A stretch of DNA of 64,000 nt, from contig NC_043020.1 of assembly GCF_006345805.1 (NCBI RefSeq), positions 20,522,001 to 20,586,000 on the forward strand, in the 5' to 3' direction. The translations under genes were made by a program, and so were the position numbers. This document shows, piece after piece, positions 24,509 through 38,437 of this stretch. The notes below the pieces were generated by a model that worked only from the letters and a program-made list of their open reading frames with translations, did not search any database and was not told where the DNA came from. Position 1 is the stretch's first letter. Each line of letters begins with the position of its first letter. Source of the stretch: Octopus sinensis. Its lineage: Eukaryota.

Positions 24509-25726
24509 CCAGTTACTGGAGAGACTGCAACCATCAAGTGTAGTCCAAGTAACATTACATAGATAACACAAATGAACAACACTCTCCTTATGACTACAGC
24601 CATAAGATTTACTCAAAATTTATCCTTAGGAGTCATATTTTGTTAACACTGATTTCATTTGAGATCCATGATTTGATTTTAGAAATAATATCAAAAACAA
24701 AGTCAGAATTATAAAATAAGTGATAATGTAAGTTAATGAGCTGATTGTGATTCCTTATTGGAGTAATTTCCTATCACTTTACACTGTCAATAATCTGGTG
24801 TGAGGGGGTACATGAACAGAATTTAATATCATTCTTGTAAATTTGTGGTTTATATAAGTAAACAGATAATATTCACTTCTAAGAAAGAAAAAAGTGGATA
24901 ATCTTTTTTTTAGATCGTGAAGGAAGATACTATTCTTTATCATAATTAAAAATAAAAAGGTGAGGATGTGATAATCATCATAATTATCATCATCAGCATT
25001 ATTTACATCTGTTTTCTTTGGTAGTTTGGGTCAGACAGGTTGTCAGAGTTTGAGTCAATTTTAATCAGAGTTAATTCTCTCCTAAAAAAATCATGGTTCT
25101 TATGACTGGCTGCCCAGCCTGGCACCAGTTACTCACAGAGTGGACTAAGTGCATTTTATTGTGGCACTAGGGAAGAGGTCATGTCCTTGATGCAACTAAA
25201 AACTACACTGTGCCTGTTCAAATGTCAGCCATTTTAAAGAATGCACTGGGTGCATTTTACTGAGGCATCAGTACTGAAAAAGTTGACTTGTTTCCTACAA
25301 AATTACGGGATTGTCTCTACTCTACATAGTTTCCATTCTTTTTAAGGTAAATGTGACTGAAAGTGAAAATAGAAAGAATATGACAAACATGAATGTGAAA
25401 GAGGAGTTTATGAATACAAGTGTGGAAGGGACAAAGTGACAGGATGGCAGAAAATGTGGTATGGGAGGAGAAATACAGGAAAATAGCATAAACAGCTTTA
25501 TGGGGTAGCAATGAATGTCTAGAGCATTAATTTAAGAACCCATTGCAACACCCTTAGACTCTTTACCTTATATATAGCTCTTACTGCTTTCCAAGCTGGG
25601 AAAGTCTGAGTTAAACTAAAACTCTCAACTTCTAACTACTTTACATTAAAATATGAAGTAGAAATGCTCAGAGATAAACTTTTATGGGTAATAATTGTTT
25701 TTCCTTTAAAAATTGCAATAGAAAAG

Positions 25727-26718
25727 ATGAGTACCTTATACCATAAGGCACTTATTTTGTGCTGTCAAAAGGCATGGCTTAATGATTATGGTGTTTGGTT
25801 TCTGGATTGGTGACATGTCATATCCTTGAGCAAAGCACTTCATTTCACATGGCTCCACTCTACCTAGCTGTAATGAGTGCCAATCTTCTGTATTCCACCA
25901 CCCCGCTTACTAGTTGAGCTTCTCATTTCTCCCACTACATAGTCATCTATAATACAATTTATTACATAACCTTGTTTTAATTTAACATATTTAAAACCAA
26001 CATTAAAAGAGCATATATCTAGCAAATACCTAAAAATCTATTTCTCTTTTGGAGTCCAAATTTTCTCTCTGGAATCCTGGAAACATTCCTCCTAGTTTAA
26101 GAAATGTTTAAATAAACTTAGATCCTAAATGTTACAATAAAATGAAACACCACCACACACACACACCCAATCTGTTCAGTATTCATTATTTTTGATGTGG
26201 TATAAGATGGACTTGTCTGCAAAAGAGTATGTATCTTCCCTCATTACTCCTCCATCATTTCATATGAAAAATCCACCTTACCTAAAATATTATAACTGAA
26301 CTCCACCTCAACACCTTAAATTCATGCTTTGCCCCCAGTACACCTCTTTATAGCTCACAGCACATGATAAAGTACCAATCAGCATTCATTTACAAGTGAT
26401 TAAGGCCAGGTAATATGTACCTTACTACCCTTAATTGTTTTAAATGTTAATGAAGATGTCAATAGACATATACACCCTCTCAACTTCTGGTGCAGTTATC
26501 TTTCTCTCTCTTTCTCTCTCTATCTCCAGCTGTCTCATCCCATAATTACACCAGCATCAGATTGGCACTCATTACAGCTAGGTAGAGTGGAGCCATGTGA
26601 AATGAAGTGCTTTGCTCAAGGATATGACATGTCACCAATCCAGAAACCAAACACCATAATCATTAAGCCATGCCTTTTGACAGCACAAAATAAGTGCCTT
26701 ATGGTATAAGGTACTCAT
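25727..26718. repeat. Perfect 160-bp inverted repeat with 672-bp spacer
   Basis: 25727-25886 is the exact reverse complement of 26559-26718 by manual comparison; arm = unique flank + degenerate SINE head. Confidence 0.95.
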
Positions 26719-27584
26719 GATAGAAATAGGCAGAGAAATATTTGAGAAGTGGTTAGATTAGATCTTAGATAATTGGGTCTCAAACAGTTGAGATGACACA
26801 GAAAGATGTTATATTGCAATATTATAAGTCTATACAACTGTTACTAACCCCTCAAAAATTCTCTGCAATTTAGTAATCTATTGTTTTCTCTCTCTCTTTT
26901 ACATACATTCTTGTCTTTCTTTGCATTTGCATTCTGTATTTTTTTCTCTCACTCCATCTGCTACTCATACCAACTGTAACATATAAGCCTTTGATAATCA
27001 TAAAAGTGAAAAATATGATTTACAATGTAAATAAAGAAATAAGTAGATAAATGGAAATTACTAGAAGATTCTTGAGAGATTTTCCATAACAGAATAATGG
27101 AAGATGGATGTCCAATTAATATTTCACAGGATATACATGACAGGCTAGCTTTACAGAAATCAGCATGGAGACCAAAGAATGCAAATGTGACAGATTTATG
27201 CATAACAAAGCCAAAATTTGATCTCATGAACAAGCTGTCAAATAACAGTAGCACTGTTATTGGTCTTTGATTACAAGAGAGCTTCCATAGTGGAATAAGA
27301 AAACAGTCCAAAATACAGTTAGAGATTAAATGTCAATTTCAGCATTCATCGAAGCTACAAAGCAATGTGTATATTGTAAGTGTATGGTTTCAATCACACT
27401 TCAATCTACTTAAAAGACTAACAAGATTATGCAAAAATATATACACATATTTTATCCTTCTGCTAGTTATACATCATCCAGCTATATTTTTCTACCTGTT
27501 TCTTCTACTGCTAGTACCATTATATTTCACAATTTAGTTGGAAGAAGTAGAATGGGAGGCAGAAACCACATCTCATGAATCATC

Positions 27585-30500
27585 ATCATCATCATTGTTT
27601 AACGTCCACTTTCCATGCTAGCATGGGTTGGATGATTTGACTGAGGACTGGCAAACCAGATGGCTGCAACAGGCTCCAGTCTGATCTGGTAGAGTTACTA
27701 CAGCTGGATGCCCTTTCTAATGCCAACCACTCCAAGAGTGTAGTGGATGCTTTTACATTCCACAGGCACGAGGGCCAGTTAGGTGGTACTGGCAATGGCC
27801 ATGCTCAAATGGTGTTTTTTACATGCCACCTGCACAGGAGCCAGTCCAGGGGCACTGGCAACGACCTCACTCGAATATTTTTTCATATGCCACTGGCATT
27901 TTTACGTACCACTGGCACAGAAGGCATTCAGCTGCTTTGGCAATGATCATGCTCAGATGGTGCTCTTAGCGCTCCACTGGCATGGGTGCCAGTCATCGAA
28001 TTTGATTCGATTTCGATTTCACTTGCCTCAACAGGTCTTTGCAAGCAGAGTTTAGTGTCCAATGAAGGAAATATATGCATAAGTGGGCTTGTTACACCCC
28101 TAACATAGGCCACAGGTTATGGTCTCACTTGGCTTGCCGAGTTTTCTTACAGACTGCATATTTCCAAAGGTCTCAGTCACTAGTCATTGCCTCAGTGAGG
28201 CCTAATGTCCGAAGGTTGTGCTTCAGCACCTCATCCCAGGTTTTCCTGGGTCTACCTCTTCCACAGGTTCCCTCAACTGCTAGGGTGTGGCACTTTTTCA
28301 CATAGTTATCCTCATCCATTCTCGCCACATGTCCATACCAGTGCAGTCGTTTCTCTTGCACACCACATCTGATGCTTCTTAGGTTCATCTTTTCTCTCAA
28401 AGTATTCACACACTGTTGAATATGCACACTGACATTACACATCCAGTGGAGCATTCTGGCTTCATTCCTTGCAAGCTTACGCATGTCCTCAAAAGTCACA
28501 GCCATGTTTCACTGCCACGTAGCATGGCTGTTCGTACACATGCATCATACAGTCTACCTTTTACTCTGAGCGAGAGACCCTTTGTCACCAGCAGAGGTAA
28601 GAGCTCTCTGAACTTAGCTCAGGCTATTGTTATTCTAGCAGCTACACTTTCAGTGCATCTTCCTCCGCTACTGACTTGGTCACCTAAGTAATGGAAGCTA
28701 TCAACTACTTCTAGTTTTTCTCCCTGGAATGTGGCGAAGTTGTTCTCTGCACATTTTCAGTGTTTATTGCTCCTGAGCATCTGCCACATACAAAAACTAT
28801 CTTCCCCGTTAGCCTTCCTTTGATATTACTGCACCTCTTATGTGTCCATAGCTTACACTGGGTACATCTTATAGAGTTTCTACCTACGCCTCTACTACAT
28901 ATCGAGCAGGGCCATGTACCTGAAGGGATTTTTTTTTTTACCTGCCTTCCTACTTATTAGGACTTTGGTTTTAGCTAGGTTGACTCTAAGGCCCTACGAT
29001 TCTAATCCTTGTTTCCACACCTGAAACTTCTCCTCTAGTTCTGGTAGTGACTCAGCAGTCAGAGCAAGGTCATCAGTACAGAGGAGCTCCCAGGGGTATC
29101 CTGTCTTGAATTCCTCTGTTATTGCCTGAAGGACTATGATAAATAGGAGGGGGCTGAGGACTGAACCTTGGTGGACCTCTACCCCTACCTAGAATTCTTC
29201 ACTGTACGCGTTACCAACCCTCACCTTACTGACAGTGTCCCTGTACGTGGCTTGCACAGCTCTCACTAACCATTCATCTATTCCTAGTTTCCTCATTGAC
29301 TACCAGTTAAGGGATCAGGGGACCCTGTCAAAGGCTTTCCCCATGTCAATGAAAGCAAGGTACAGAGGTTTATCTTTGGCTAGGAATTTCTCCTGCAGCT
29401 GTCTTACCAGAAATATAGCATCAGTGGTGCTTTTCCCTGGCTTGAACCCAAACTGCATCTCATCTAAATTGACTCTCTCCCTAATTAGTTGGGCTATGAC
29501 CCTCTCTGTGACTTTCATTACCTGATCCAACAACTTGATACCTCAGTAATTATTTATATCTAAAGCATCACCTTTACCTTTGTATCAGTTGACTACGGTG
29601 CTGCTACACCAGTCATTGAGTATGACTCCTTCGTGTATCACCTGATTAACTATACGGGTGACTAGGCTATAGCCAACACTGCCAGATATTTTGAGCATCT
29701 CTGCAATGATTCCTAATGGGCAGGGAGCTTTCCCTGTCTACATACTCTTAATTGCTTTATCTACCAAGGTAGTGTCAATTTGAATAGCTGGTCCCTCTGT
29801 TGGGTCGACATTCGGCAGACTCTCTTTCTCCCATTCATTTTCTTTATTGAGCAACCTTTCATAGTGGCATCTCCAAGCCTCTCTCTTTGCAGCCTCGTTT
29901 AGTGCAAGTGAACCATCATCCATGTGGACACATTTCTCTCCTATGACATCATGATTTTCTCTCACGCACTGTCTTGCAACACGAAATACCTCAAGTATTT
30001 GGTCCTCACAGAACAGAACATTGACAAATTTTTTATCCGCTTCCCCTCTGACAAAATAAACCTGTCTCCTAGCTTCCCTTCTGGCAGTTTGATACATTTC
30101 CCTGCTACCATTCTTCTAGTCCTTCCAAGCCTGTTTCTTTTCTCTAATAGCTCTGTCAACAACATTGTTCCACTACCACATTATTTTGTGTCAAGAGGGG
30201 ACTTAGCACCATCCACAGATCCAGTCAGTGGCCCTCAGCAGGTTGTCCCATAGAAACCTCCAGTTGTCTTCAACATCGTGTGAAGCTATATCCCCTTCTA
30301 TTTCATCAAAGGCTTCGAGTGATATGTCTCTAAATCTCTATCCATTTGCAGGATCTTTAACCTTTCAGACCCTTCTCCTCCATGCTGGTCGTCTTCTGGG
30401 TATGCATTTAGCCCTGATACTGAAGTTGCTAACTACCAGTCTAAGTTGTAGGGTACATTCTTCACCTGGGAAGGTTTTGGCATTTATAAGCAGCCATCTT

Positions 30501-31075
30501 TCCCTGTTTCTGGCAAGGATGTAGTTAATTTGGCTATGTGTTTGCCAGAACGGTAGGTGACTAGGTGACTGGCAGGTTTCCTGAAGTTAGTTTTGCAAAC
30601 CATAAGATCATTTGCATCGCAGAACTCCAGCAGCCTGGTTCCCTCCTCATTGTGGGAACCAAAACTGTAGCCTCCATGTACGCCATGGAAGCCCCCAGCA
30701 TGCTGTCCAACATGCCCATTGAAGTCACCAGCCACAAAGAAAAGGTCCCTGTCATTCGTCAACGGGGTAGTCTGCAAGAGGGTGTCATAAAATCAGTCTT
30801 TCTGTCCAACAGGTAATCCCGGCTGAGGGACATAGGCCGAGATAATGGTTGCTAACCCATATGAAGCACTAATCTAATCTTAAGTATTCTGTCGCATACT
30901 CTGACTACCTCGATTACCTTATCAACCCATTTCTCCGCAAGAAGTATACCCATGCCCCCAACCCTGTCAGTGTTCCTTGCCTAGAAAATCTTGTACCTGT
31001 GTTCTTTGCCTGTAAGGAACCTAGCGGAGCCTCCTCTCCACCTTACTTCTTGGAGGCAGCACATATCAACACGGA
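27585..31075 (-). mobile_element. RTE-clade LINE, 5'-truncated within APE, about 3.5 kb
   Basis: APE: DVCCLQEVRW, GDFNGHVG; RT: QFGFKPGKSTTDAIF, FIDMGKAFDRVP, VHQGSVLSPLLF, LLCTDD (YADD mutated); C-term RLHWYGHVARM, RGRPRKTW; 3' UTR and (TGA)n tail; stops and frameshifts present. Confidence 0.96.
28777..28908 (-). other. PHD-type C4HC3 zinc finger within RTE ORF2
   Basis: CSICSRGVGRNSIRCTQCKLWTHKRCSNIKGRLTGKIVFVCGRC = C-x2-C-x10-C-x2-C-x4-H-x2-C-x14-C-x2-C. Confidence 0.8.
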
Positions 31076-31742
31076 GGCAGCATGACTGCAGTAAAAAGCA
31101 GTACATCAAAACATTGAGTTATTAACCTCAGACTGTTCTAAAGGCTTGCAACAGTGTATTAAAAACAGGTTAAACCAGGCAATTGATTAGGTCTACCTCC
31201 CAAGAATGCTTTCTACAAAGTTTCCCTTTACCGAATTTCATTCACAAGACTTGAACTGACTGAGACATAAATCTGTCACTTAGTACTTCACTATAGTAAC
31301 ATCAAATCCAAAACCTCATGATTGTAAACTGTATGGGAATACCTGCTCATATATGGTATGTATCTCTGTTTCACCACATTTGCTAATTTTATACCTCCTA
31401 TCCTTTCAGATACTGTACTGAAAACTTTTCTTGATCCTTCTGTTTGTTTGAAACTGCAATCCTCTTAAATCAAACACTCAACTCCATTCTGCTTCTAACC
31501 AGCAATGATCTCTATTCTCCAATATCCAGTATAAGAACATCCTGGCCAACCAGAATAATGATCAAGCAATTGTGGAAAGTGAAGGAAGGGTGGGTGCATC
31601 AATTTGGTTTGGAGGAGAGAGGTAGAGAGGACAAAATCAAAAGAACAGAGAATAAGGTAGAGAAAAAATAGTGGTGACCAGTGATTGGAGAATATTGCTA
31701 AAGGCAGGTTTGCTGACAGGTGGACATTAATTGTGTTTTGTA

Positions 31743-32460
31743 CAGGGTGTTTGGGCTAAATGTTTTCCTTTTACAGGAACAGCTTAATGTATTGGTGAAT
31801 AGTCAATGGCATTGGAGAGCATAAAGTTGTAGTTGAGAAAATGTTAGCTGGCATGGTGGACTGGATGCGATCTGAATATTGGAAAAGAGTTACCTGTATC
31901 ATGGTGATTTACACTAGGTATCAAAATGACATTATGATTGCTATTCAATGCTCTGTGAAGACTGTAAAAGCTGTATGATGTGACATGGACAGCTGTAAAG
32001 GAGACTACAAAGCCATAGCCAGTAGGAAGGGACATCGCAGACATTCTGACTGCATTTGCATGCTGGAATTTATCCAGTAACTGATGAACAGGGCCTTAGG
32101 CTAAATTCAAACATCTATGTGAAGCTGCTGGAGACGGTGGTCAAACCCTGGCTGGTGAGGATTGCTGCTGGAAGGTGATATGTATGGCAACAAGATTCAG
32201 ATCCTTGCCATACCATCGGAAAGAGAATTTCTACAAATACACCTGTCCCAATTTCTGGTCTCCTAATTACTCCAATTGTAAACTTATGGATTACTTTGTG
32301 TAGTGTACAGTTGAGACAGATACCAACTGCTCTGCATGCAACACTAGGGCCGAGCTGGATCTAGATCAAGGAGGTGTTTGAAGATCTTCCAGGGATACTG
32401 TAAGGGACAAATGTGCTAGGTTCCAGAGTTGTTTCAAGACTGTGCTGAAGCTGATATGTT
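31743..32460 (+). mobile_element. maT/DD37D-like transposon relic, internally deleted
   Basis: TA-CAGGGTG left end; GLRLNSNIYVKLLETVVKPWLVRIAAGR*YVWQQDSDPCH. Confidence 0.7.
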
Positions 32461-32890
32461 CTATAAACATATTAGTGATACAATAGACCTTCTAAAAATG
32501 TATCAGTGATGCAGTAGACTGTTTTATAAATAAATCAGTGAATTGGTGACACAATAGACTCTCTACAAATGTATCAGTGACACAGTAGAACTGTTCTGTA
32601 AATGTATCAGTGACACAGTAGGTTTTCTGTAAATACTTCAATGGCACAGTGAACTGTTATCAGTGAAACAGTGACACAATAAGCACTCTACAAACGTATC
32701 AGAGACACAGTGAACTGTTCTATAAATACATCAGTGACACAGCAGACTCTTCAATAAATATATCATAGACACAGTCGACTGTTCTATTAATGTATCAGTC
32801 ATGCAGTATACTGTTCTATAAACATATCAATGACACAGTAAACATTCTATAAATATATCAATGACACAGTAGATTGTCCTACAAATATAT
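32455..32890. repeat. Degenerate minisatellite, unit about 32 bp, about 13-14 copies
   Basis: Consensus approximately ATCAGTGACACAGTAGACTGTTCTATAAATRT. Confidence 0.85.
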
Positions 32891-33399
32891 TTGTTATATT
32901 AAAATTACAGGAATTTCTTCATGCAGGTTCTTACAAACTAGACATGTGGATACATGCTGGATAACAAAACAGCGTAAGACAAACAGGTATGGTAGTATGT
33001 ACATTAGAGTGGTGGTAATATGCTGATTATGAAGATGATGATGATAATACTTATGATGATGACAAGATACTGCTCACAATGATTATGGTGAAAAAGCCTG
33101 GGGTATGGATGAGTAGATTGACGATGGTAAGATTTCTATTATAATTCTTAGGTTTTCTACAAATTCTGGAATATTTCTAGAATTGTATAAAAAATTCTAA
33201 ATCTAAAATATAATAAGAAAATTCAAGAATATTAATAAAGAAATACTTAATGGGGTTTGTTTTTAATAAGAGATGCATTCAGGAAGATCTGAAACTTTTT
33301 TTTAGGAGAGGCAGTTATAAATGTCTTAGACTATTTTAATTTTAGCATATATTTACTATATGTCTAATATGCTAAACTGCCAACTTTTTTAAATTCCAG

Positions 33400-34155
33400 A
33401 TTGAAGGAGACAGCTGAGAAGGTAATTTGGAAGCTCCCTAAGCAATAACATTTTGTGTTAAACAGGACAGAAACTTATGAAATACTTCAGACTGCTTATG
33501 GATTAGCTTGTATGAGCCAAGCCGCTGTATTTCAATGGCACAAGACATACAAGGATGGCAGAGAAGAGGTAAGAGATGAGAGGTGCATCAGAACATCAGA
33601 GGTGGTTGAGAAAACTCACAATTTGGAGTTGGTGTGGAAACTGTACACAGAATTATTCATGAAGATCTCAACATGCACAAAATTCGTGCAACATTTTTTC
33701 CCAGGATGATCAATAAAGAACATAAGGAAAGATGCATTGGTGAGAGCAGGAGATAGTTAACCTCATTAGCTCCAATCCAAGAGCACTTGAGTTTCTGGTG
33801 ACCTGTGATGAAGCTGAAGTGCCCATTGGCTACCCAAGACCCAATAAGGTCAGGCAAAGCAAGTCCATTGGGAAGCTCATGATGATCCCCTTTTTCAACA
33901 GCAAGGGCATCATCCACATCCACTGGATACCCTCTGGCCAGACAGTCAACAAAGAGTACTTTGTGGAGGTTTTTGAGGGAGTTCAAGAAGAGATTTCATT
34001 GCAAAAGGTCAGAGCTCTTCCACTTGGGCCAGTAACACCTGCATCAGGACAATGCACCAGACCACAATTCCATCCTGGTATCAAATTATTTGACAGAGAT
34101 GGGTAGCAAAACTGCCCATCACTCTCTCTACAGTCATGACCTTGCTTCCTGTGAA
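33400..34155 (+). mobile_element. mariner (DD34D-type) transposase relic
   Basis: TETYEILQTAYG..MSQAAVFQWHK.YKDGREEVRDE; KLMMIPFFNSKGIIH..W.P.GQTVNKEY; YSHDLASC (YSPDLAP-like). Confidence 0.8.
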
Positions 34156-35452
34156 GTGGAGGAATGTGAAGTGTCTTGCTCAAGAACACACACACATATA
34201 TATATATATATACATACCAATATATTATACAACAGTAGATGAAAAATACAAAGTTATACATACAAATACAAATAACATCACATACACACCAATATTATAA
34301 TTTCCTTACACTTTCTTTGCTCTATTCCTCCTCTTCCATTTAACATACTAACAATGAGTAAGTCACTACATTGTTGTTTCATCTGCTATAAACAGCAGCT
34401 AAGCCCCCTCAAAATGCCCAACTAACCATTTAAAAAGACATAATGCACAATGCAGAACTGGATATACAGAAAAAGAAAACACATTTTGACCACAGATTGG
34501 GAATGATGTAAGGTTAAAAAGCCCTAGGCTTTACATTAAGAATGCGTGTGTATCTGTATGGAGCCTCAAAATATGTTAGCATTGTCACTTCCTAATAAGT
34601 AGTAGCATTTAGTATTTTTATTTACTTCATTATAGTTTAGTTAACTTTGGTTAGAGAGAGAGAGGGGTAGAGAGAAGAACCAGTTGTTATACATCATGAA
34701 TCTTTCACTCTTAAACTATTTCTGACAATTTGTACTCTAGAAGCATATCAGAATTTCAGAATTTTCTCTGGCTATCTTCTGACCTGATGTGGATCTCCAT
34801 CTTTTGATTTCTATAAAACATGCATGTGCATGCATGCATACATGCACACGCACACACACACACAGAGTCAGAAATTTTCTCAATCCAGTTTTGAAGAAAC
34901 TGGTCAGTTAAGATGGGTGACACTTGGAAGGCTAGCTATAGTTAAATGATGACCAAGAGAGAAACAAGACTCGGTCTACATTCAATGTTAAGGTGGTGAT
35001 GAATCTCCATTATTCAATAATGAGGATGCAGTTGCTTGATCAACTGCATAAATTGCTTCTGAATTAATGTGTACATGGCTGAATGTTCCACAGACATGTG
35101 TATCCTTAACATAATTTTTGAGTAGAACCAGCATGATACAGTAGGTGACAAGCTTATAGTTTTTGTATTACAAATACAATCCACCTGACAGGCTTCTCTT
35201 ACTGTTTTCGGCTACTCAATTTTACGCACACATACACACACAAGATTTAGGTGAAATGGAGGCTACAAAAATTAATATTTGCCCAAGATGCCACACAATA
35301 GCATTGAACTCTGGACTTCAAAGTTGTGAAGCATATAAAAAAGATGAAAGGCAAAGTCAGTCTCAGCAGAATTTGAACTCAGAACATAACGAGCAGGAAC
35401 GAAGCATTCTTTCCAACACTCTAACAATCATCCAAGCTAACTAGCTTAAAGC

Positions 35453-35484
<32 letters not shown>

Positions 35485-36859
35485 TATACTCCAGTCTGTA
35501 ACTCAGACGGGTTTTCTGAAATATACAAGTAGAAACTGAAAAGAATTTCTCCCTCTCTTTGGGGAGGGGGAGTTGATATTTTATGAGATTTTAGAATAAA
35601 AGTTAAAATTAGGATGGATGAGACTTAACATGACATTATGTAATTTCTACATTGTCAAATGTAACAAAGAAGCTTTTTCAAGTAATGCAAGAACAAAATG
35701 AATAATATATAATTTTATTGATAGGAAAGCTGACAATGGTGTTAATTGAAGCTAGGTAAATTATAGTTTACATTCATAAATTGTTGTTGAAGCTGTATTT
35801 GTTCTCAATATCATTCCAACATAAAGGAATGAAGAATTAGCATCGAAATAAAACTCTGATATCAATTAAAATTTCAATTATTTCTAAATCTGATAGACTT
35901 ATCTTCCATCCATCATATCATATCATCTACAAGACCTAAAGAATTATAACACTGCCAGGAATCTGCTGAATAAATAAAAAGACTACATCTACTTCAGAGA
36001 CAAGAGACCAGTTATCATGAAATAAACTATATAAAAGAAATAAAAGTAAAAAAAAAACATTATTGTATACTGACACCAAAACTTGAAAGACAATAAGCAC
36101 CAAGTGCCATTCAAGTTTAAATAATAACCTTATTCTGTATATACTGATCTATTAAGATCACTAGGTCATAGCCTGACATTGTAATTTTAGAGCTATTCAC
36201 AAGATGATAACAAATATTTCATATTCATGACAAGAGTGCTTGTGTAAAGTGCTTGTGATGTGATATGAACTCATAACCTCAAAACTGAGAGACTGATCCG
36301 TTATTTTACTTGGACACTACTCTTGTCAGCGATAAAAAAAATTCAAGGAAAATAAAAGTGTTTAGCTACTCCATAATTGTCATGTAATAACAGCATGTGA
36401 ATTTCAATAACAGTGAATTTCAAGGGTGAGTGATCATATTTTTTTTCCCTTTGTCCTAGCATTTATACTGCTTTTGCAGAGTTTTGCTTATTTCATGATA
36501 AATATGACCATTGTGGACCATTGTTAGCTGTGTCCTGAAGACTGCTTCCCACTGAAAGGAGGCTGGCAAATTAAAGTACACATGTATACATATCTGCATC
36601 ATCATCATTATCATTTAGCATCCACTTAACCATACTTGCATGGCTTGGATGGAAGTTGTTGAGGCAGATTTTCTACAACTGGATGCCCTTCCTGTTGCCA
36701 ACTGTAACTTGTTTCCAAATAAGGTAAAATTACCCATCTTTTCATGGAAGATTAGAAATGAAGGACATTAGCATGATGGTGACATTTGTTTACAGCAATC
36801 ACATGAAGTCAAAGCAAGACAACAGTAACACATACACCTCCCACACACACACACATACA

Positions 36860-37135
36860 GCAGCTTCTTTCAGTTTTCGCTTACAAAGTCCACTCACAAG
36901 CCTTTGGTCAGTCCAGTGCTATAGCAGAAGACTCTTGCTGAAGGCACCATACAGTGGGACTGATTCTGAGACAAAGTGGTTGGGAAACAAACTTTTTACC
37001 ACACAGCCATATCTGTGCCTCTATCTTTTACCATTTACATGTTACAATCATTGGACTGCAACCATTCTGGGGTATCACCTCGAAAGGTTTAGTCCAACAA
37101 ATCAACCCTAGTACTTATTCCTTTTTTTAAAACCT
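36860..37135 (-). mobile_element. Degenerate copy of the SINE at 44608/63177
   Basis: CTTCTTTCAGTTT...AAGTCCACTCACAAGCCTTTGGTC... matches the intact copies. Confidence 0.65.
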
Positions 37136-37137
37136 GG

Positions 37138-38371
37138 CACAATGGATAAATTATCGCCATTGTATATTTTTGATTTTGCACACGCACATTCTTTGTTTTT
37201 GATTTTGTTGACTACACAGTATAGTAGGGTCAGTAGGGCACCGTCTGTGAGAAAAACAGCACTATGATGCAATTTACTCAGCCAGAAATTTGGAAATGAC
37301 ATGCTGTACTGCTTGGCATTTGTGCTGGAAGCTCTAATACAAACATTTCAGAATGATTGGGTGTCAATCTGAGGACAGTGCAAAGGATTCAGAAAGAGTT
37401 GGATGAGTCTAATGGTGATTACGAAGGTATGGCAGCTCAGAAAACTCACTGTGATTGTTCTGAGAAGAAAAGAACTTCTGAATTTGTTGGTGAGATCCAG
37501 GCCATGATTGCCAATGATTCCTCCAAGTCAATCAGGTCCATCACCAGGGGCATGGGAGTGTCTGAGTTTCTTATCAGGCATGAAGACATTCAGTATTCCA
37601 CATACAAAATGAGAAAGGGCCAATTTTTATACCAAACCATCAAGGACAAGAGGAAAGACTGTGCTACAAAGCTTTTGAACAAACTCAAGCATCCCCTCCA
37701 ACTGAACATGCCTTGATTTTTTTCTCAGACAAGAAAAATTTCTGCCAGGATCAGATGGTGAACCATTTGCTTACCATGTCCCTAAAACATGTACTGAAAG
37801 TGATAAAAATCAAACATCCAGTCAACATCATGGTGTTTGGAGTGATCACAAGTGATGGCGATGTTAGACCTCCATTCATCTTCCTACATGGTCTCACACT
37901 CAACACGGAGGCCTACATCAAGCACCTGGAAGAGGTAGTGCTGCTTTGGGTATAGAGGGCGGCCGCTGGAAGAACCTATGTCTGGAAACAAGAATCTGCA
38001 CCATACCACAGAAGCAGGAGAACTCAGTCATGGCTGTCAGACAATTTCTGCAACCATGTCATCCCTAACATCTGGCCACCTAACTTCCCAGACTGCAATC
38101 CCCTTGATTATTATGTGTGGGGTGTAGTTGAGTAAGAGACCAACAAAACTCCAAAGAGGAACTGAAGGCAAGGATTATAGCAGCATTCACCAACTTAAAC
38201 AAGGAGACTGTCAAGAAGAGTTGCAGGAGATTCTGAAGTCATTTGGAGGCCATGGTTGAAGTATTTCCAGACATTTTAATGTAATTTTGCTAAATATATC
38301 TGTTAAAATGAGATGTCAGTGTTATTTTCATTTTGGCAAAATTTAGATGACAATTTATTCACCACACCATG
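37138..38371 (+). mobile_element. maT/DD37D transposon, near full-length pseudogene
   Basis: FFSDKK; MVFGVITSDG; VWKQ(E)SAPYH...NFPDCNPLDYYVWG with 37 residues between the second (D changed to E) and third catalytic positions; right terminus matches the copy at 53216. Confidence 0.9.
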
Positions 38372-38401
38372 CATGTATGTATGTATATATGTATGTATGC
38401 A

Positions 38402-38437
<36 letters not shown>

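Noticed and set aside
26961-27311. 116-aa minus ORF and overlapping 57-aa plus frame
   Set aside because: No recognisable homology or consistent splice sites
31050-31068. GGCAGCACATATC resembling the 5' end of U6 snRNA
   Set aside because: It is the antisense of the RTE APE codons (DVCC); the rest of U6 is absent
27555-31083. GGAGGCAG near both ends of the large RTE as a TSD
   Set aside because: The left copy is not adjacent to the tail, and the right one duplicates internal RTE sequence; at most a microhomology
32455-32890. Regularly spaced repeat resembling a CRISPR array
   Set aside because: Units are contiguous with no unique spacers, the context is eukaryotic, and there are no cas genes
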